DNA from: Candidatus Omnitrophota bacterium
Lineage (GTDB): Bacteria; Omnitrophota; Gorgyraeia; Duberdicusellales; 4484-171
Assembly (NCBI GenBank): GCA_014729775.1
Contig: WJJJ01000021.1
Coordinates: 24,788-88,787 of the forward strand
DNA: 64,000 nt
Direction of reading: 5' to 3'
Numbering within the stretch: position 1 is the first letter of the stretch. The stretch is not shown here. More model-generated notes on the stretch are below. The model saw only the letters and a list, made by a program, of their open reading frames with translations. It ran no database searches and was not told the origin of the DNA.

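Noticed and set aside
63996-63998. The M that opens the giant-ORF translation in the track
   Set aside because: The codon is TTG, and the frame simply runs off the window. It is not the real start, and the true N-terminus lies upstream of position 64000.
1-64000. CRISPR arrays, tRNA or rRNA genes
   Set aside because: No regularly spaced direct repeats of 24-48 nt were seen. No intergenic space is long enough, apart from 1-210 and the repeat-containing gaps. No tRNA-like cloverleaf or rRNA signatures were noticed.

Overview
This is a bacterial chromosomal segment of roughly 58-60% GC (estimated by eye) with two very different halves.

Positions 1-34,300 hold a dense, mostly minus-strand run of housekeeping genes. 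Their order is Firmicutes-like: mcsA-mcsB-clpC, then radA, a yacL-like PIN/TRAM gene, ispD, ispF and cysS; tmk-holB-ricT; metG-tatD; and tsaE-tsaB-alr. Diderm envelope systems are interleaved with them: lptF/lptG permeases, mlaFED, lolCDE and an oppABCDF operon. A low-GC gene for a four-helix-bundle protein of the 23S-rRNA-intervening-sequence type is inserted between oppA and oppB.

Positions 34,428-64,000 are a single uninterrupted minus-strand ORF of at least 9,856 codons (about 29.6 kb). It is still open at the window edge, so its 5' end lies outside the window. Read from N- to C-terminus, its translation contains a GH13 alpha-amylase-family domain, two TM helices, a polybasic stretch, a coiled coil of about 280 aa, a Ser/Thr-kinase-like domain, two GHKL (histidine-kinase-like) ATPase modules, an HTH, a histone-H1-like Lys-rich tract, a Pol-beta-type nucleotidyltransferase motif, a GT4 glycosyltransferase, a degenerate Fic-like motif, a complete sigma-70 factor module (regions 1.2, 2, 3 and 4), a SAM-methyltransferase motif, a trypsin-like S1 protease, a 6-7 helix TM cluster, a twin-arginine-like signal motif, a transglutaminase-like cysteine protease core, TPR repeats, and a C-terminal TM helix with a KR-rich tail. 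A short G/S-SSP-A motif recurs about 23 times, usually between these modules.

This giant multi-enzyme and signalling mosaic is the most notable object in the window. It resembles the giant multidomain genes reported from Omnitrophota-like bacteria, but no database search could be run. Every domain call rests on motif recognition in the translation only. Sub-feature coordinates were computed from residue positions and are approximate to a few tens of nucleotides. No rRNA, tRNA or CRISPR array was detected.
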